Origin: Candidatus Gottesmanbacteria bacterium | GTDB lineage: Bacteria; Patescibacteriota; Microgenomatia; UBA10105; UBA927 | Direction: 5' to 3' | Length of the DNA: 64,000 bases | NCBI GenBank assembly: GCA_023245335.1 | Contig: JAHFKK010000001.1 | Coordinates: 795,505-859,504, forward strand | Shown here: one piece after another, positions 1 through 8,893 of the stretch | How the letters are laid out: every line of letters begins with the position of its first letter | How positions within the stretch are numbered: the first letter of the stretch is position 1 | The notes under the pieces: generated by a model | Seen by the model: the letters and a program-made list of their open reading frames with translations, nothing else | What the model was told of the DNA's origin: nothing | The model's database searches: none | Translations under genes and position numbers: made by a program

Positions 1-76
1 CCTCTGCGTAGTGCGTCCTCTTTTGATTCCATCGCAATTGATTAACACTCCTTTGGCTTGATATAATGCGCTAACT

Positions 77-856
77 ATGACTACCGAACGCATACAGCCC
101 GTACAGGCGAAGGAGCTGGAACGTATCCAACTCAAAAGCTGGTTGTCTGCTCATGGTATAAAAGCGGTGCTATTTGACCTAGATGATACGCTCCTGGAGA
201 CTTCTGCGCAGGAGAGAAATATCGAGAATTCATACGTTTCGTATGTCGCCGAGCGCGTGCCCTCCGTAAACACGGAAGAGATGCTTGCTTCTATCCGTAA
301 ATTTGGCGCGGAAGCATTCGTTTCCCACTCGGTAAGTCAGGAGCGCTGGCATGCCGTCGTTGCGCATATGGCAGAGAAATACGGCCAGGCGATGACTCCG
401 GTTCTTTACGATGCGAAAAAGATCATATTCAACATATATAAGACGGCTCCTAATCTTCTGCCAAGCGCTATAGAGACTCTGGACGCGTTTCGAGCGTCTG
501 TGCCGAAAATGGGTGTGGTGACACATGCCGGTGTAGAGTGGACCAACGTGAAGCTCGATACGCACGACTTGCGGAAGTATTTTGACTCTGTGACGATTGC
601 GGATGCGTTTGGCAACAAAGGGCCGGAACATTGGCAAGAGGCGATGAAAGCACTCGATGTACGGCCGGAAGAAGTGCTGGTCATCGGGGATAACCTCAAA
701 GGCGATATCCTGGCCGCGCAGTCTTTGGGAGTCAAATACGCCGTACTCCTACCGAGCCCTTGGGCGGTGTATCGGGAAGGCACGGTAGCCCAGGGAACTC
801 TAAGGGCGGAACGCATCGCGGATGTCATCCGGACGATTCTTTCAGATAGGGCCTGA
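77..856 (+). CDS. HAD-superfamily hydrolase
   Basis: N-terminal DxD motif (VLFDLDDTLL) and C-terminal GDxxxD (VIGDNLKGD), typical of haloacid dehalogenase-like phosphatases. Confidence 0.65.
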   Translation: MTTERIQPVQAKELERIQLKSWLSAHGIKAVLFDLDDTLLETSAQERNIENSYVSYVAERVPSVNTEEMLASIRKFGAEAFVSHSVSQERWHAVVAHMAEKYGQAMTPVLYDAKKIIFNIYKTAPNLLPSAIETLDAFRASVPKMGVVTHAGVEWTNVKLDTHDLRKYFDSVTIADAFGNKGPEHWQEAMKALDVRPEEVLVIGDNLKGDILAAQSLGVKYAVLLPSPWAVYREGTVAQGTLRAERIADVIRTILSDRA

Positions 857-867
857 AAAAGAGGTGT

Positions 868-1095
868 ATGACGGGGAAGAAAGACAAATTATTAGATGAG
901 CCGGAATTTACCGTGACGATGCCATCACGGGAGGCTCGCATCCGCTTATTACTTGCGGAAAAATCTCAAAAAGTGAGATTTACGATCATATCAGGAGATC
1001 CGGAGGCTGATGCTTTCGTGATCGGTAGAACGTCCGCGAAGACCTGGCCGTCTCTGAGAAGTTTTGCGCGGAAGGTAGAAAAGGCTTTGAAGTAA
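868..1095 (+). CDS. hypothetical small protein
   Basis: 75-aa ORF immediately downstream of the HAD gene; no recognisable motif. Confidence 0.25.
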   Translation: MTGKKDKLLDEPEFTVTMPSREARIRLLLAEKSQKVRFTIISGDPEADAFVIGRTSAKTWPSLRSFARKVEKALK

Positions 1096-1115
1096 CGAAG
1101 AGAAAAATGGTTCCT

Positions 1116-1589
1116 TTACTTAGTTTTGCGATTGAGCACTACGCTTATAGTGAATACAGTAATCATGATAACCTGGCAGGTGATACAGACAGGACACACC
1201 ACTCGCAGCTGTATAAGCTCCCGATAGGCGATATAGAGACAAAATACTAAACCGAACGTCGCCATAGACAGCAGTAGCTTCCTGTTATGCACAAGTGACG
1301 CGTAGATCATGACCAGATACCCGATGAGGCCATAAAGCGGCGTCGGTATTCCCAGAGTTTTGGCGACCGGTCCCGAGATAATCGCATTGCAGTTGATGAA
1401 GCTATTTATGTTACACGGCTGGAATGCCGGGTGAAAGAATTGCTGCCAGAGAAGGTAAACCGCAAGAAGTACTCCGATGAAGGAGAGGTAAGCCGCAGCA
1501 AGAAATACTTTATTTACTTTTATATATATCATTATAAAGATTACGTCCGTTTGTTCAATTGTCAGTTTCGGGCGGTGTACGGGATGCAA
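1116..1589 (-). CDS. vitamin K epoxide reductase (VKOR) family membrane protein
   Basis: Multi-TM protein with a loop Cys pair (CNINSFINC), a GIPTPLYG segment and a TM CxxC (CPVC), the VKOR signature arrangement; the true start may be the internal Met (MIYIK). Confidence 0.6.
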   Translation of the reverse strand: MHPVHRPKLTIEQTDVIFIMIYIKVNKVFLAAAYLSFIGVLLAVYLLWQQFFHPAFQPCNINSFINCNAIISGPVAKTLGIPTPLYGLIGYLVMIYASLVHNRKLLLSMATFGLVFCLYIAYRELIQLRVVCPVCITCQVIMITVFTISVVLNRKTK

Positions 1590-1640
1590 TCATAATTGTG
1601 ATAAAAATTACATCACTTTTGTACGAAATGGCGTACACTT

Positions 1641-1898
1641 TTGCTGGTGGGTAACCGATCACATACAGAATTTCTTCGATATGTATTAGATGTTTTATTC
1701 CTCGGTCAGACGAATGCCCTTTATAACCAAATATTCCGTGATCAAGACCGCTACGCTTGGAATGTCATAAAAAGGAGTGATAAGTACTCGCTCACAGAGC
1801 TCGCGCAGGCCGTAGGTATACTTGATAGCCACGGAGCCTCGGAAAAACTATCCCAGGATCTCTGGGACGTATACGACGAAGCATGTGCCTCCCGCTAA
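1641..1898 (+). CDS. hypothetical protein
   Basis: 85-aa ORF, no recognisable motif. Confidence 0.2.
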   Translation: MLVGNRSHTEFLRYVLDVLFLGQTNALYNQIFRDQDRYAWNVIKRSDKYSLTELAQAVGILDSHGASEKLSQDLWDVYDEACASR

Positions 1899-2096
1899 AC
1901 GAAGATTCATGAGAGAGAGCGCATAAACGAAAAATTTGTGCATTTAGCCGAACTTTTCTTGTGAGTGCGTCATGCTACCCGATTTCCAACAATTACGTAT
2001 CAGTTGCGAGGCTGTTTTCAATCAAATCCAGGTTCGAAATCTGCAAATTTCTGGTCTTGAGATGAACTTAAGTTGACGTGATGCATATCAAGATAA

Positions 2097-2128
2097 TCTT
2101 GACATTTTCTTCGTTCGTACTATTATAG
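2097..2128 (+). promoter_or_regulatory. sigma70-like promoter (TTGACA-16nt-TATTAT)
   Basis: cTTGACAttttcttcgttcgtacTATTATaggg; near-consensus -35 and -10 with 16-nt spacer, reading into a 430-nt low-coding leader that ends at tRNA-Glu. Confidence 0.45.
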
Positions 2129-2557
2129 GGCACGATGTTAGAAGTTGTCTTATATAACGCCCTAGGGCAAGAAATAGAAAACAAAGGTCCGACGAGTACG
2201 ATACGAAATGTGGCGATACGAGGGCCCGGGAAATCTGTGCGAACGGATCATTTCGTATTTTACCCCGAACAAGGACGGGTACACGCCAGCACAGTCACAA
2301 CACGGGGTAGATATTTTGATGTAAAGACCGAGAACCCGACAGATGAATCGCTTGTTCCAGCAGACGATACCGTGATAAATGCGGTCCTCCAAATAAATCA
2401 GACCTTGGAATGTAGAAGGCGTATACCGTCGGGAAAAATTCCTGATTGGGGTCGCGGTCAAATAGCAGGTTTCCGAGTAACGAGACGTCCACTGCAGGAA
2501 TCGTTTATAGAGTCATAAATTCCATTCCCCGAGGTTTTTTGCTACAATCCATCTGCC

Positions 2558-2631
2558 GCCCCGTTCGTCTAGCGGCCCAGGACATCTGGTTTTCAGCCAG
2601 AGAATCGTCGGTCCGAATCCGACACGGGGTA
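2558..2631 (+). tRNA. tRNA-Glu (anticodon TTC)
   Basis: Cloverleaf: acceptor GCCCCGT/ACGGGGT, D-arm CGTCTAGCGGCCCAGGACA nearly identical to E. coli tRNA-Glu, anticodon loop TTTTCAG, T-arm GTCGG-TCCGAAT-CCGAC; CCA not encoded. Confidence 0.85.
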
Positions 2632-2642
2632 CTCATGAAAAA

Positions 2643-2668
2643 GCCCGGCATTTGCCGGACTTTTTTTT
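2643..2668 (+). terminator. rho-independent terminator after tRNA-Glu
   Basis: GC hairpin gcccggca/tgccggac followed by an 8-T run. Confidence 0.65.
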
Positions 2669-3349
2669 ATGATAATCTCGAATGAGAACCGACCTATCGG
2701 TCCGCAATCCAGGAGTTAATGAGCCGAGTAACCGAGGCGAATCTTACTCCTGGTGAGTGTCGCGTGTCCGCGACAATCCGACACGGAGTACTATCTTTCG
2801 CTGAAGCTACGGCTAGCAAGCTCCAGCAATCTATCTCCGGAATCCCTTGCCTTCTCTGGGAGGTGACTGTTCCGCTCTTGCGGATTCTAAACGCGCGGAT
2901 AACGTATTTGCGAACGTATTGGTTAAGTCACCTAATAGATGCGATTCCATAAAAGTGGTTAGGCCTAAGAAATCATTTACTCCTATCTCGGTTCTTGCGG
3001 ATACCTTGAGGACGGTGCGGTTGACGGATAAGTTGCCTAACGGATTTGGAATGGTCTCAACAATCGATACTCTCCATCTCCCGTCGTTCATTAAGTCAGC
3101 TCGTAGCTGCCGACTGCGATCGATGCGTAAATTTGCTCCCATATTTGGTATGATGCTCATGAGAGCGGTATCATAGGATAAATATCGAATTTTGACAAGG
3201 AGTGATTATACGAGAGCACAATCTTACTTTCGGTTTATTTTCATATCATTTGCTCTAGTTAGATCCAGTTGACCACCATTACTTTCGGGTTTATTATGGA
3301 TTAACCCCCACTTCGTCCCGATGAAATTGTGGACTATGAGGGGCGCAGT

Positions 3350-3604
3350 ATGCCCGAAGTCATCAATGAACCGATTTCTGTCGCACTTTGGAGTAACCAT
3401 TCGTCCGGCAAAGTCATTCCCTACAGTCTCTACTGGCATGGCAGGCGGTATCAGATCAAAAACGTCGGCCTCCACCATATGTACCGTCAGGGACGAGTGC
3501 TTGTTCATGTCTTTTCGGTAACTGACGGGGTCACATTTTTTCGCCTGGAGATGAACTCGGAAACATTGGAATGGCGTTTACTGGACGTAGAAACGATCAA
3601 TTAA
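3350..3604 (+). CDS. hypothetical small protein co-transcribed with dinB
   Basis: ATG at 3350 preceded by a GAGGGG RBS; ends 9 nt before the dinB start. Could be a polymerase accessory factor (YolD-like is speculation). Confidence 0.35.
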   Translation: MPEVINEPISVALWSNHSSGKVIPYSLYWHGRRYQIKNVGLHHMYRQGRVLVHVFSVTDGVTFFRLEMNSETLEWRLLDVETIN

Positions 3605-3613
3605 CTAGAAGCC

Positions 3614-4882
3614 ATGGATTTTCACAACACTCCTCCTGTCGTCATGCACGTCGACCTCAATTCCTGTTTCGCGACCGTAGAACAGCAGGCCAATCCGTTG
3701 TTTCGCGGCAAACCGACCGTCGTTGCGGCCTATACGACCAATAACGGCTGTATCCTGGCTGCTTCCAAAGAAGCCAAACTCCTGGGGATCAAAACCGGTA
3801 TGCCTGTCGGTGAAGGAAAAAGAAGATACCAAAAGCTTATTGTCCTGCCGCCGGATCCGGGAAAATATCGTGTGGTCAATCATCAGCTTACGAAACTCTT
3901 AGGAAGTTACACAGATCTTCTTAGCGTGGAATCTATAGATGAGATGGTGCTGTCCCTTCTGGATACGCCCGCGTTATACCGGCAAATGCAGAAAGACGGC
4001 GACGTTTTATCAGCGATGGCCTCTATAGCCCACGAGATGAAAGCGCGTATACGAAACGAAATCGGCGAATGGCTCACCGTATCCATAGGGATTGCACCAA
4101 ACAGATACCTCGCAAAAGTCGCATCCAACCTCCAGAAACCGGACGGACTCCGATGGATTACCAAAGAAACGATCACGGAAGTATTTCAAGGCCTTGAGTT
4201 AGAGGATCTCTGCGGGATTAAAACCGCCAACGCGACCAGGTTGCGGTTTGCCGGAATTCCGTCGCCGAGCGCCATGCTGGAAGCCTCTGAGGAAGAATTG
4301 GCGCGGGCGTTTCATTCGATTCTTGGTTATCACTGGTGGCGGAGGCTTCACGGCTGGGAAGACGGCGGCATGTACAAATCGTTTGATGAGACAGAAGATC
4401 CGCAAAAAACATTTGGGCAATCCTACGCGCTGCCCAAAGGATATACGCCGACTGATCCCAGGCTGTGGCAAATCCTCGCACAGCTCGTGATGAAGATGGG
4501 TAAACGCCTGCGGGAGGCGGGCTGTACCGCACATGGCGTGGGGTTGTCGCTGCTTTTTACCGATTACAGTCACTGGCACACACAGGAAAAGCATATGGTT
4601 CCGCTCTTTGCGGACAGTGATTTTTACGAAAGGATGCGCGACATTCTAAAAGTTGCACCGGAGAGACCGGTCCGGATACTGGCGGTTTTTTGTTACCAGC
4701 TGGACCATGATATCTATACGCAGATGTCATTACTTCCGGAAGAGAACAAGAAGCGCGATATCACGATCGCGATAGATAAAGTGCAGGAACGGTTCGGAGA
4801 TTTCGTCATCACTCCCGGCCGTATGATGAATATGGAGCAGAGGGTGCTTGACCGCATCGCATTCGGAAAGGCAAGCATCTAG
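3614..4882 (+). CDS. dinB: DNA polymerase IV (Y-family translesion polymerase)
   Basis: N-terminal VVMHVDLNSCFATVEQ (catalytic Asp region of the UmuC/DinB family) and IAPNRYLAKVAS motif. Confidence 0.85.
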   Translation: MDFHNTPPVVMHVDLNSCFATVEQQANPLFRGKPTVVAAYTTNNGCILAASKEAKLLGIKTGMPVGEGKRRYQKLIVLPPDPGKYRVVNHQLTKLLGSYTDLLSVESIDEMVLSLLDTPALYRQMQKDGDVLSAMASIAHEMKARIRNEIGEWLTVSIGIAPNRYLAKVASNLQKPDGLRWITKETITEVFQGLELEDLCGIKTANATRLRFAGIPSPSAMLEASEEELARAFHSILGYHWWRRLHGWEDGGMYKSFDETEDPQKTFGQSYALPKGYTPTDPRLWQILAQLVMKMGKRLREAGCTAHGVGLSLLFTDYSHWHTQEKHMVPLFADSDFYERMRDILKVAPERPVRILAVFCYQLDHDIYTQMSLLPEENKKRDITIAIDKVQERFGDFVITPGRMMNMEQRVLDRIAFGKASI

Positions 4883-4943
4883 TCCGTGGAATTTCTGCTT
4901 GACAAGAGGTCAAAGGAAGCAGTATCGTAACAAATAATATAAA

Positions 4944-5062
4944 AAATCAAGAGTGGCGGTGAGAGATCTCGCTCATTGATCCGCCCGGCAACCGAGTTTA
5001 GACAAATTACGGTGCCACAACGAGTCCCGCCGGAAGGCAGGAACTGATTGGCCCGACTGAGG
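4944..5062 (+). promoter_or_regulatory. putative SAM-I (S-box) riboswitch aptamer in the metK leader
   Basis: aTCAAGAGtGGcGGtGAGAGA...CCGCCCGGCAACC...GGTGCCAcAA...cCcGCcggAAGG...CTGATTgg resembles the SAM-I consensus (UCAAGAG.GG.GGAGGGA..GCCCGAUGAAACCCGGCAACC...GGUGCUAAUUCC); sits directly upstream of metK. Confidence 0.5.
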
Positions 5063-5073
5063 AAACACTATAA

Positions 5074-5098
5074 CCCTCTCTCCGGAGGGTTTTTTTTG
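5074..5098 (+). terminator. intrinsic terminator (riboswitch expression platform)
   Basis: ccctc-tctccg-gaggg hairpin followed by TTTTTTTT, 30 nt before the metK ATG. Confidence 0.6.
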
Positions 5099-5127
5099 TT
5101 TCTTACGGCAGGCCCAAAAGGAGTTTT

Positions 5128-6243
5128 ATGAAAAAAATCATGCACTTCACCTCGGAATCGGTGGCCTCCGGTCACCCGGACAAGATTTGCGATCAGATCT
5201 CTGACGCGATTGTTGATGCAGCACTCAAAGCAGATCCTATGTCCAGGGTCGCAGTAGAAACCCTGGTCACGACCAATCGTGTGGTACTGGCCGGAGAGGT
5301 GACGTGCAAAAAGAAATTGGATTATGAAGGTATTGCACGTAAAACGATCAAATCTTTGGGATATACTAACCCGAAGTATAATTTTTCCTATACGTCCCCG
5401 ATATCCGTCTATATTCATCAGCAGTCGCCGGATATAGCGGTCGGTGTAGATGACGGCGGAGCGGGAGATCAAGGCATGATGTTTGGGTATGCTACGAACG
5501 AAACTCCCGAATATATGCCTATGCCTCTTGTTCTCGCACACCGTTTAGTCGAGCGTATGGATGAAGTACGGGAGAAAAGAATCCTTCCGTTTTTGCGTCC
5601 CGACGGGAAAAGTGAAGTAAAAGTCGTGTACGAAAATGATAAACCGGTCGCGGTCGACCAAATCGTACTTGCCGTCCCGCATGATCCCAAGGTGACAAAC
5701 GAAAAGCTAAAGCTTTCTTTGTATGAGAAGGTCGTTAAGCCCGTACTTAAAAAGTACAAAATGACCCCGCCGAAAATTACAAATGTCATCGTGAATGGCA
5801 GCAAAGGACGATGGGAAATCGGCGGTCCTGCTTCCGATACGGGGGTGACCGGGCGGAAAATCATCGTCGATACCTATGGAGCGTTTGCCCGTCATGGAGG
5901 CGGCGCTTTCAGCGGTAAGGATCCGACCAAGGTGGATCGAAGTGGCGCCTATGCGGCCCGATATATTGCGAAAAATATTGTCGCGAAAGGATTTGCGGAT
6001 CGTGCGGAGGTGCGGGTTGCATACGTCATAGGACAAAGGGAGCCGCTCGCAAAAGCCGTTGAGACATTTGGTACGGAAAAGAAGCCTATTGCACAGATTG
6101 AAGCATTTGCCTGGTCGCTTTTGGACCTTTCCGTTCCGGGCATATTGAAGGGTCTCAATCTCCGGCGTCCTATTTATCAGGAGACGGCTCGATACGGGCA
6201 CTTCGGCCGCAGTGGTTTCCCATGGGAAAAAGTAATCAGTTAA
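5128..6243 (+). CDS. metK: S-adenosylmethionine synthetase
   Basis: FTSESVASGHPDKICDQISDAIVDA N-terminal signature plus GGGAFSGKDPTKVDRSGAYAARY. Confidence 0.9.
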   Translation: MKKIMHFTSESVASGHPDKICDQISDAIVDAALKADPMSRVAVETLVTTNRVVLAGEVTCKKKLDYEGIARKTIKSLGYTNPKYNFSYTSPISVYIHQQSPDIAVGVDDGGAGDQGMMFGYATNETPEYMPMPLVLAHRLVERMDEVREKRILPFLRPDGKSEVKVVYENDKPVAVDQIVLAVPHDPKVTNEKLKLSLYEKVVKPVLKKYKMTPPKITNVIVNGSKGRWEIGGPASDTGVTGRKIIVDTYGAFARHGGGAFSGKDPTKVDRSGAYAARYIAKNIVAKGFADRAEVRVAYVIGQREPLAKAVETFGTEKKPIAQIEAFAWSLLDLSVPGILKGLNLRRPIYQETARYGHFGRSGFPWEKVIS

Positions 6244-6335
6244 CACAGAAAAGCAGTGTAATTATGGTAAATTGTGTTGACAAGTCGAATCTGTTTGTGT
6301 AACACTGAGTTGACCTGTCCATCAAAAGGAGATAT

Positions 6336-6851
6336 ATGTCTGAAAACTCTCACTCTGCGTTTGAACCCGTTAAACGGTTTTTCCATGAAAATATTCAAGC
6401 CAAAACGGAGGTATCGGGAGGTGCGTGGGATCCGAAATCAAATACCTATTCAATAGTTGATCTGGACGGGGGTATTATTACGGAATATAAAATCTGGAAG
6501 GCGAGGGTGGAAACAGGATTAGGAGGCAAGGTTCATACATACAAAGATATAAAGGACCCCGAGACCGGTGAAATGAAAAAGACAGAAGTGACGTTTGATG
6601 ATTTGAAAGGCGAGTGGGTAAAAAAGAATGCCGCAGCAACAGCCGCCGGAAATATACCAAACAGAGTAAATACCCAATTTATGGCAACATTGAATGGAGT
6701 TAAAACACCGGATAATTCATCTGGAACATATACGTTAATAGTTGAACCTACGAAATGGAAAAGCTCGAATATTGATTTTGCCGTGCCGTTAGGGACAATT
6801 GGGGATGCTCCGGTTGTTCTGCGCAGTGGAAACTTCGGTAAATCGAAATAA
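6336..6851 (+). CDS. hypothetical protein
   Basis: 171-aa ORF with its own TTGACA-containing upstream region; no recognisable motif. Confidence 0.4.
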   Translation: MSENSHSAFEPVKRFFHENIQAKTEVSGGAWDPKSNTYSIVDLDGGIITEYKIWKARVETGLGGKVHTYKDIKDPETGEMKKTEVTFDDLKGEWVKKNAAATAAGNIPNRVNTQFMATLNGVKTPDNSSGTYTLIVEPTKWKSSNIDFAVPLGTIGDAPVVLRSGNFGKSK

Positions 6852-6889
6852 GTGGTACCCTTTTAACATCGCGTGGTAGAATAGGCGCG

Positions 6890-8101
6890 ATGGCAGAACA
6901 AAGGCCACTTGCCGATACACTCCGACCCAAAACGCTTGATGATGTCGTTGGGCAGTCTCATTTAGTCGGAAAGGACGGCATCGTCCGTAAGCTTCTCTCG
7001 TCAGGGTTTCTCCCGTCTCTCATTCTGTGGGGCCCGCCCGGTTGTGGGAAGACGTCTTTGGCGGTACTTCTTGCCGCTCTCACAGATAGCTATTTTGAGT
7101 CCCATTCCGCAGTGACGGCGACGCTTTCGGACGTACGTCGAGTCATTAAGGAAGCTCTCGAACGAAAAGCGAGCGGGGAGAAACGCACGATATTGTTTCT
7201 GGACGAAATCCATAGGTTTAACAAAGCCCAGCAGGACGCACTTTTACCCGCTGTAGAACACGGGACAGTCATATTTATAGGGGCGACGACGGAGAACCCT
7301 TCATTTGAAGTCATATCACCGCTCCTCTCACGGTGCCGGGTGCTTGTACTGAAGCCCTTAGAGACGTCGGAGCTTACGGAGATAATGAAGCGTGGCCTCA
7401 CATATCTCAAAAAAACTATCGACAACGAGGCAAGTACATTTTTGTTTGAAGTCGCAAACGGGGATGCGAGAGCGCTTCTCACGACCCTTGAGATCGCCGC
7501 GACGCTGACTAAAGCCAAAAAATTGACGACGGCAAACATCGAAGAAGCGGCGCAGCGGAAAATGCTCCAGTACGACCGTGTGGGAGAGGAACATTACAAC
7601 ACCATTAGCGCATTCATAAAAAGCATGAGAGCGAGTGACGTCGACGCGGCGCTTTACTACCTTGCACGCATGGTTGCTGCCGGTGAAGATCCGCTGTTTA
7701 TTGCCCGCCGGATGGTCGTATTTGCAAGCGAAGACATAGGACTCGCTCAGCCGACGGCTCTGGTTGTCGCCAATAGCGTTTTTGACGCCTGCAACAAGAT
7801 CGGATATCCGGAGTGCCAGGAGAATCTCGCCCACGGTGTCGCGTATTTATCGCTCGCCAAAAAAGACCGCAGTGCGTATAATGCGTATTTTGCAGCGCTT
7901 GAGGATGTCAAGAAGTTTGGGAATCTGCCTATACCTCTTATCATTCGCAACGCGCCGACTAAACTTATGAAAGAGCTAGGATACGGCAAGGGCTATACGT
8001 CATACCCGCCCGCCGGCGAGGCAGGTGTCAAAGAAAGCTTGCTACCTGATAAACTAAAAGGGAAACGATATCTTGAAGACAGGAAAGACGAAAGGAGGTG
8101 A
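6890..8101 (+). CDS. rarA: replication-associated recombination protein A (AAA+ ATPase)
   Basis: LDDVVGQSHLVG...LILWGPPGCGKTSLA (Walker A), ILFLDEIHRFNKAQQDALLPAVE (Walker B/sensor), typical MgsA/RarA layout. Confidence 0.85.
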   Translation: MAEQRPLADTLRPKTLDDVVGQSHLVGKDGIVRKLLSSGFLPSLILWGPPGCGKTSLAVLLAALTDSYFESHSAVTATLSDVRRVIKEALERKASGEKRTILFLDEIHRFNKAQQDALLPAVEHGTVIFIGATTENPSFEVISPLLSRCRVLVLKPLETSELTEIMKRGLTYLKKTIDNEASTFLFEVANGDARALLTTLEIAATLTKAKKLTTANIEEAAQRKMLQYDRVGEEHYNTISAFIKSMRASDVDAALYYLARMVAAGEDPLFIARRMVVFASEDIGLAQPTALVVANSVFDACNKIGYPECQENLAHGVAYLSLAKKDRSAYNAYFAALEDVKKFGNLPIPLIIRNAPTKLMKELGYGKGYTSYPPAGEAGVKESLLPDKLKGKRYLEDRKDERR

Positions 8102-8107
8102 GATGAG

Positions 8108-8368
8108 ATGGCGGATATTCAAGTTGGGAAAGTGACGCATTATTTTGACAAAATAGAGGTGGCGGTCATCGATGTAACCAAGCCTCTGAAAGTCGGGGAG
8201 TGGATAAAAATTTCCGGACATGACAGTGAATTCGAGCAGCAAGTGCATTCACTTCAGATGGAACACGAAGCAGTCACCAAGGTAGCGAAAGGTGTCTCAT
8301 GCGGTATGAAAGTCGATAAGCCCGTGAAAGAGGGAGACGTACTGTATCGGCTACCAAAACACGACTAG
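8108..8368 (+). CDS. hypothetical small protein (possible translation-factor-like beta-barrel)
   Basis: 86-aa ORF, RBS-like GGAGGTGAG upstream; weak resemblance to an EF-Tu domain-2-like barrel, not verifiable here. Confidence 0.3.
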   Translation: MADIQVGKVTHYFDKIEVAVIDVTKPLKVGEWIKISGHDSEFEQQVHSLQMEHEAVTKVAKGVSCGMKVDKPVKEGDVLYRLPKHD

Positions 8369-8446
8369 GAAACAGCATACAGGAGCGACAAACGCGCATC
8401 CGGCTCATTGGCGTATGGGAGTGCGTATTTGTGGATTTTGTAGCAT

Positions 8447-8884
8447 ATGAACAAACAAAAAAGCAGTACAGAAGTTTCTGCGGGAGGGCTCATTGTTACG
8501 AGAGTAAGGGGCGTATGGTGGTTACTTCTCATGAAGGACCGTGGCGGCAACTGGACATTTCCTAAAGGCAAAATAGAAACGGGAGAAAACCATATCACGA
8601 CGGCCCTGCGCGAGATCGAAGAAGAAGTTGGAATGAAGGGATTAATCTATCGGGCGACGCTCGCGCCTAGTATGTACTGGTATTTTCGTAAGGGTTCCAT
8701 AAAGAAAACCGTGCATTATTTCGTATTTGAGGCCGCTAAAAAAGTTGCTCCGACCGTACAAACGGAAGAGGGCATCAGTGAAGCGATGTGGGTGCCATTT
8801 ACCAAAGCCGTCACCAGAATCGGGTATCCCAAAACCAACAAGCCGCTTTTGGACGAAACCCGAGAAATTCTAAAGACGTTGTAA
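8447..8884 (+). CDS. NUDIX hydrolase
   Basis: Nudix box GKIETGENHITTALREIEEEVG (Gx5Ex7REUxEExGU). Confidence 0.75.
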   Translation: MNKQKSSTEVSAGGLIVTRVRGVWWLLLMKDRGGNWTFPKGKIETGENHITTALREIEEEVGMKGLIYRATLAPSMYWYFRKGSIKKTVHYFVFEAAKKVAPTVQTEEGISEAMWVPFTKAVTRIGYPKTNKPLLDETREILKTL

Positions 8885-8893
8885 CCCATTCTT

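Noticed and set aside
2135-2518. 127-aa ORF as a protein-coding gene
   Set aside because: It has no RBS and an odd Arg/Thr-rich composition, is overlapped by several other short ORFs in other frames, and sits between a strong promoter and a tRNA. I treat it as part of a possible RNA leader, though a novel small protein cannot be excluded.
2130-2557. RNase P RNA (rnpB), tmRNA or SRP RNA assignment for the tRNA-Glu leader
   Set aside because: Short similarities to the P4 strands (AAAGGTCCGACG; GAGAACCCGACAG) are present but mis-positioned (the second lies mid-RNA rather than near the 3' end). CR-II (GGUAAGAGCGCACC), tmRNA 5'/3' tRNA-like ends and the SRP domain IV motif are absent, so I cannot support a named RNA family.
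8365-8598. Various short antisense ORFs (e.g. 8365..8598, 230..637, 5469..5864, 13308..13586)
   Set aside because: They lie fully inside, and antisense to, well-supported conserved genes and have no motifs; they are typical six-frame noise.
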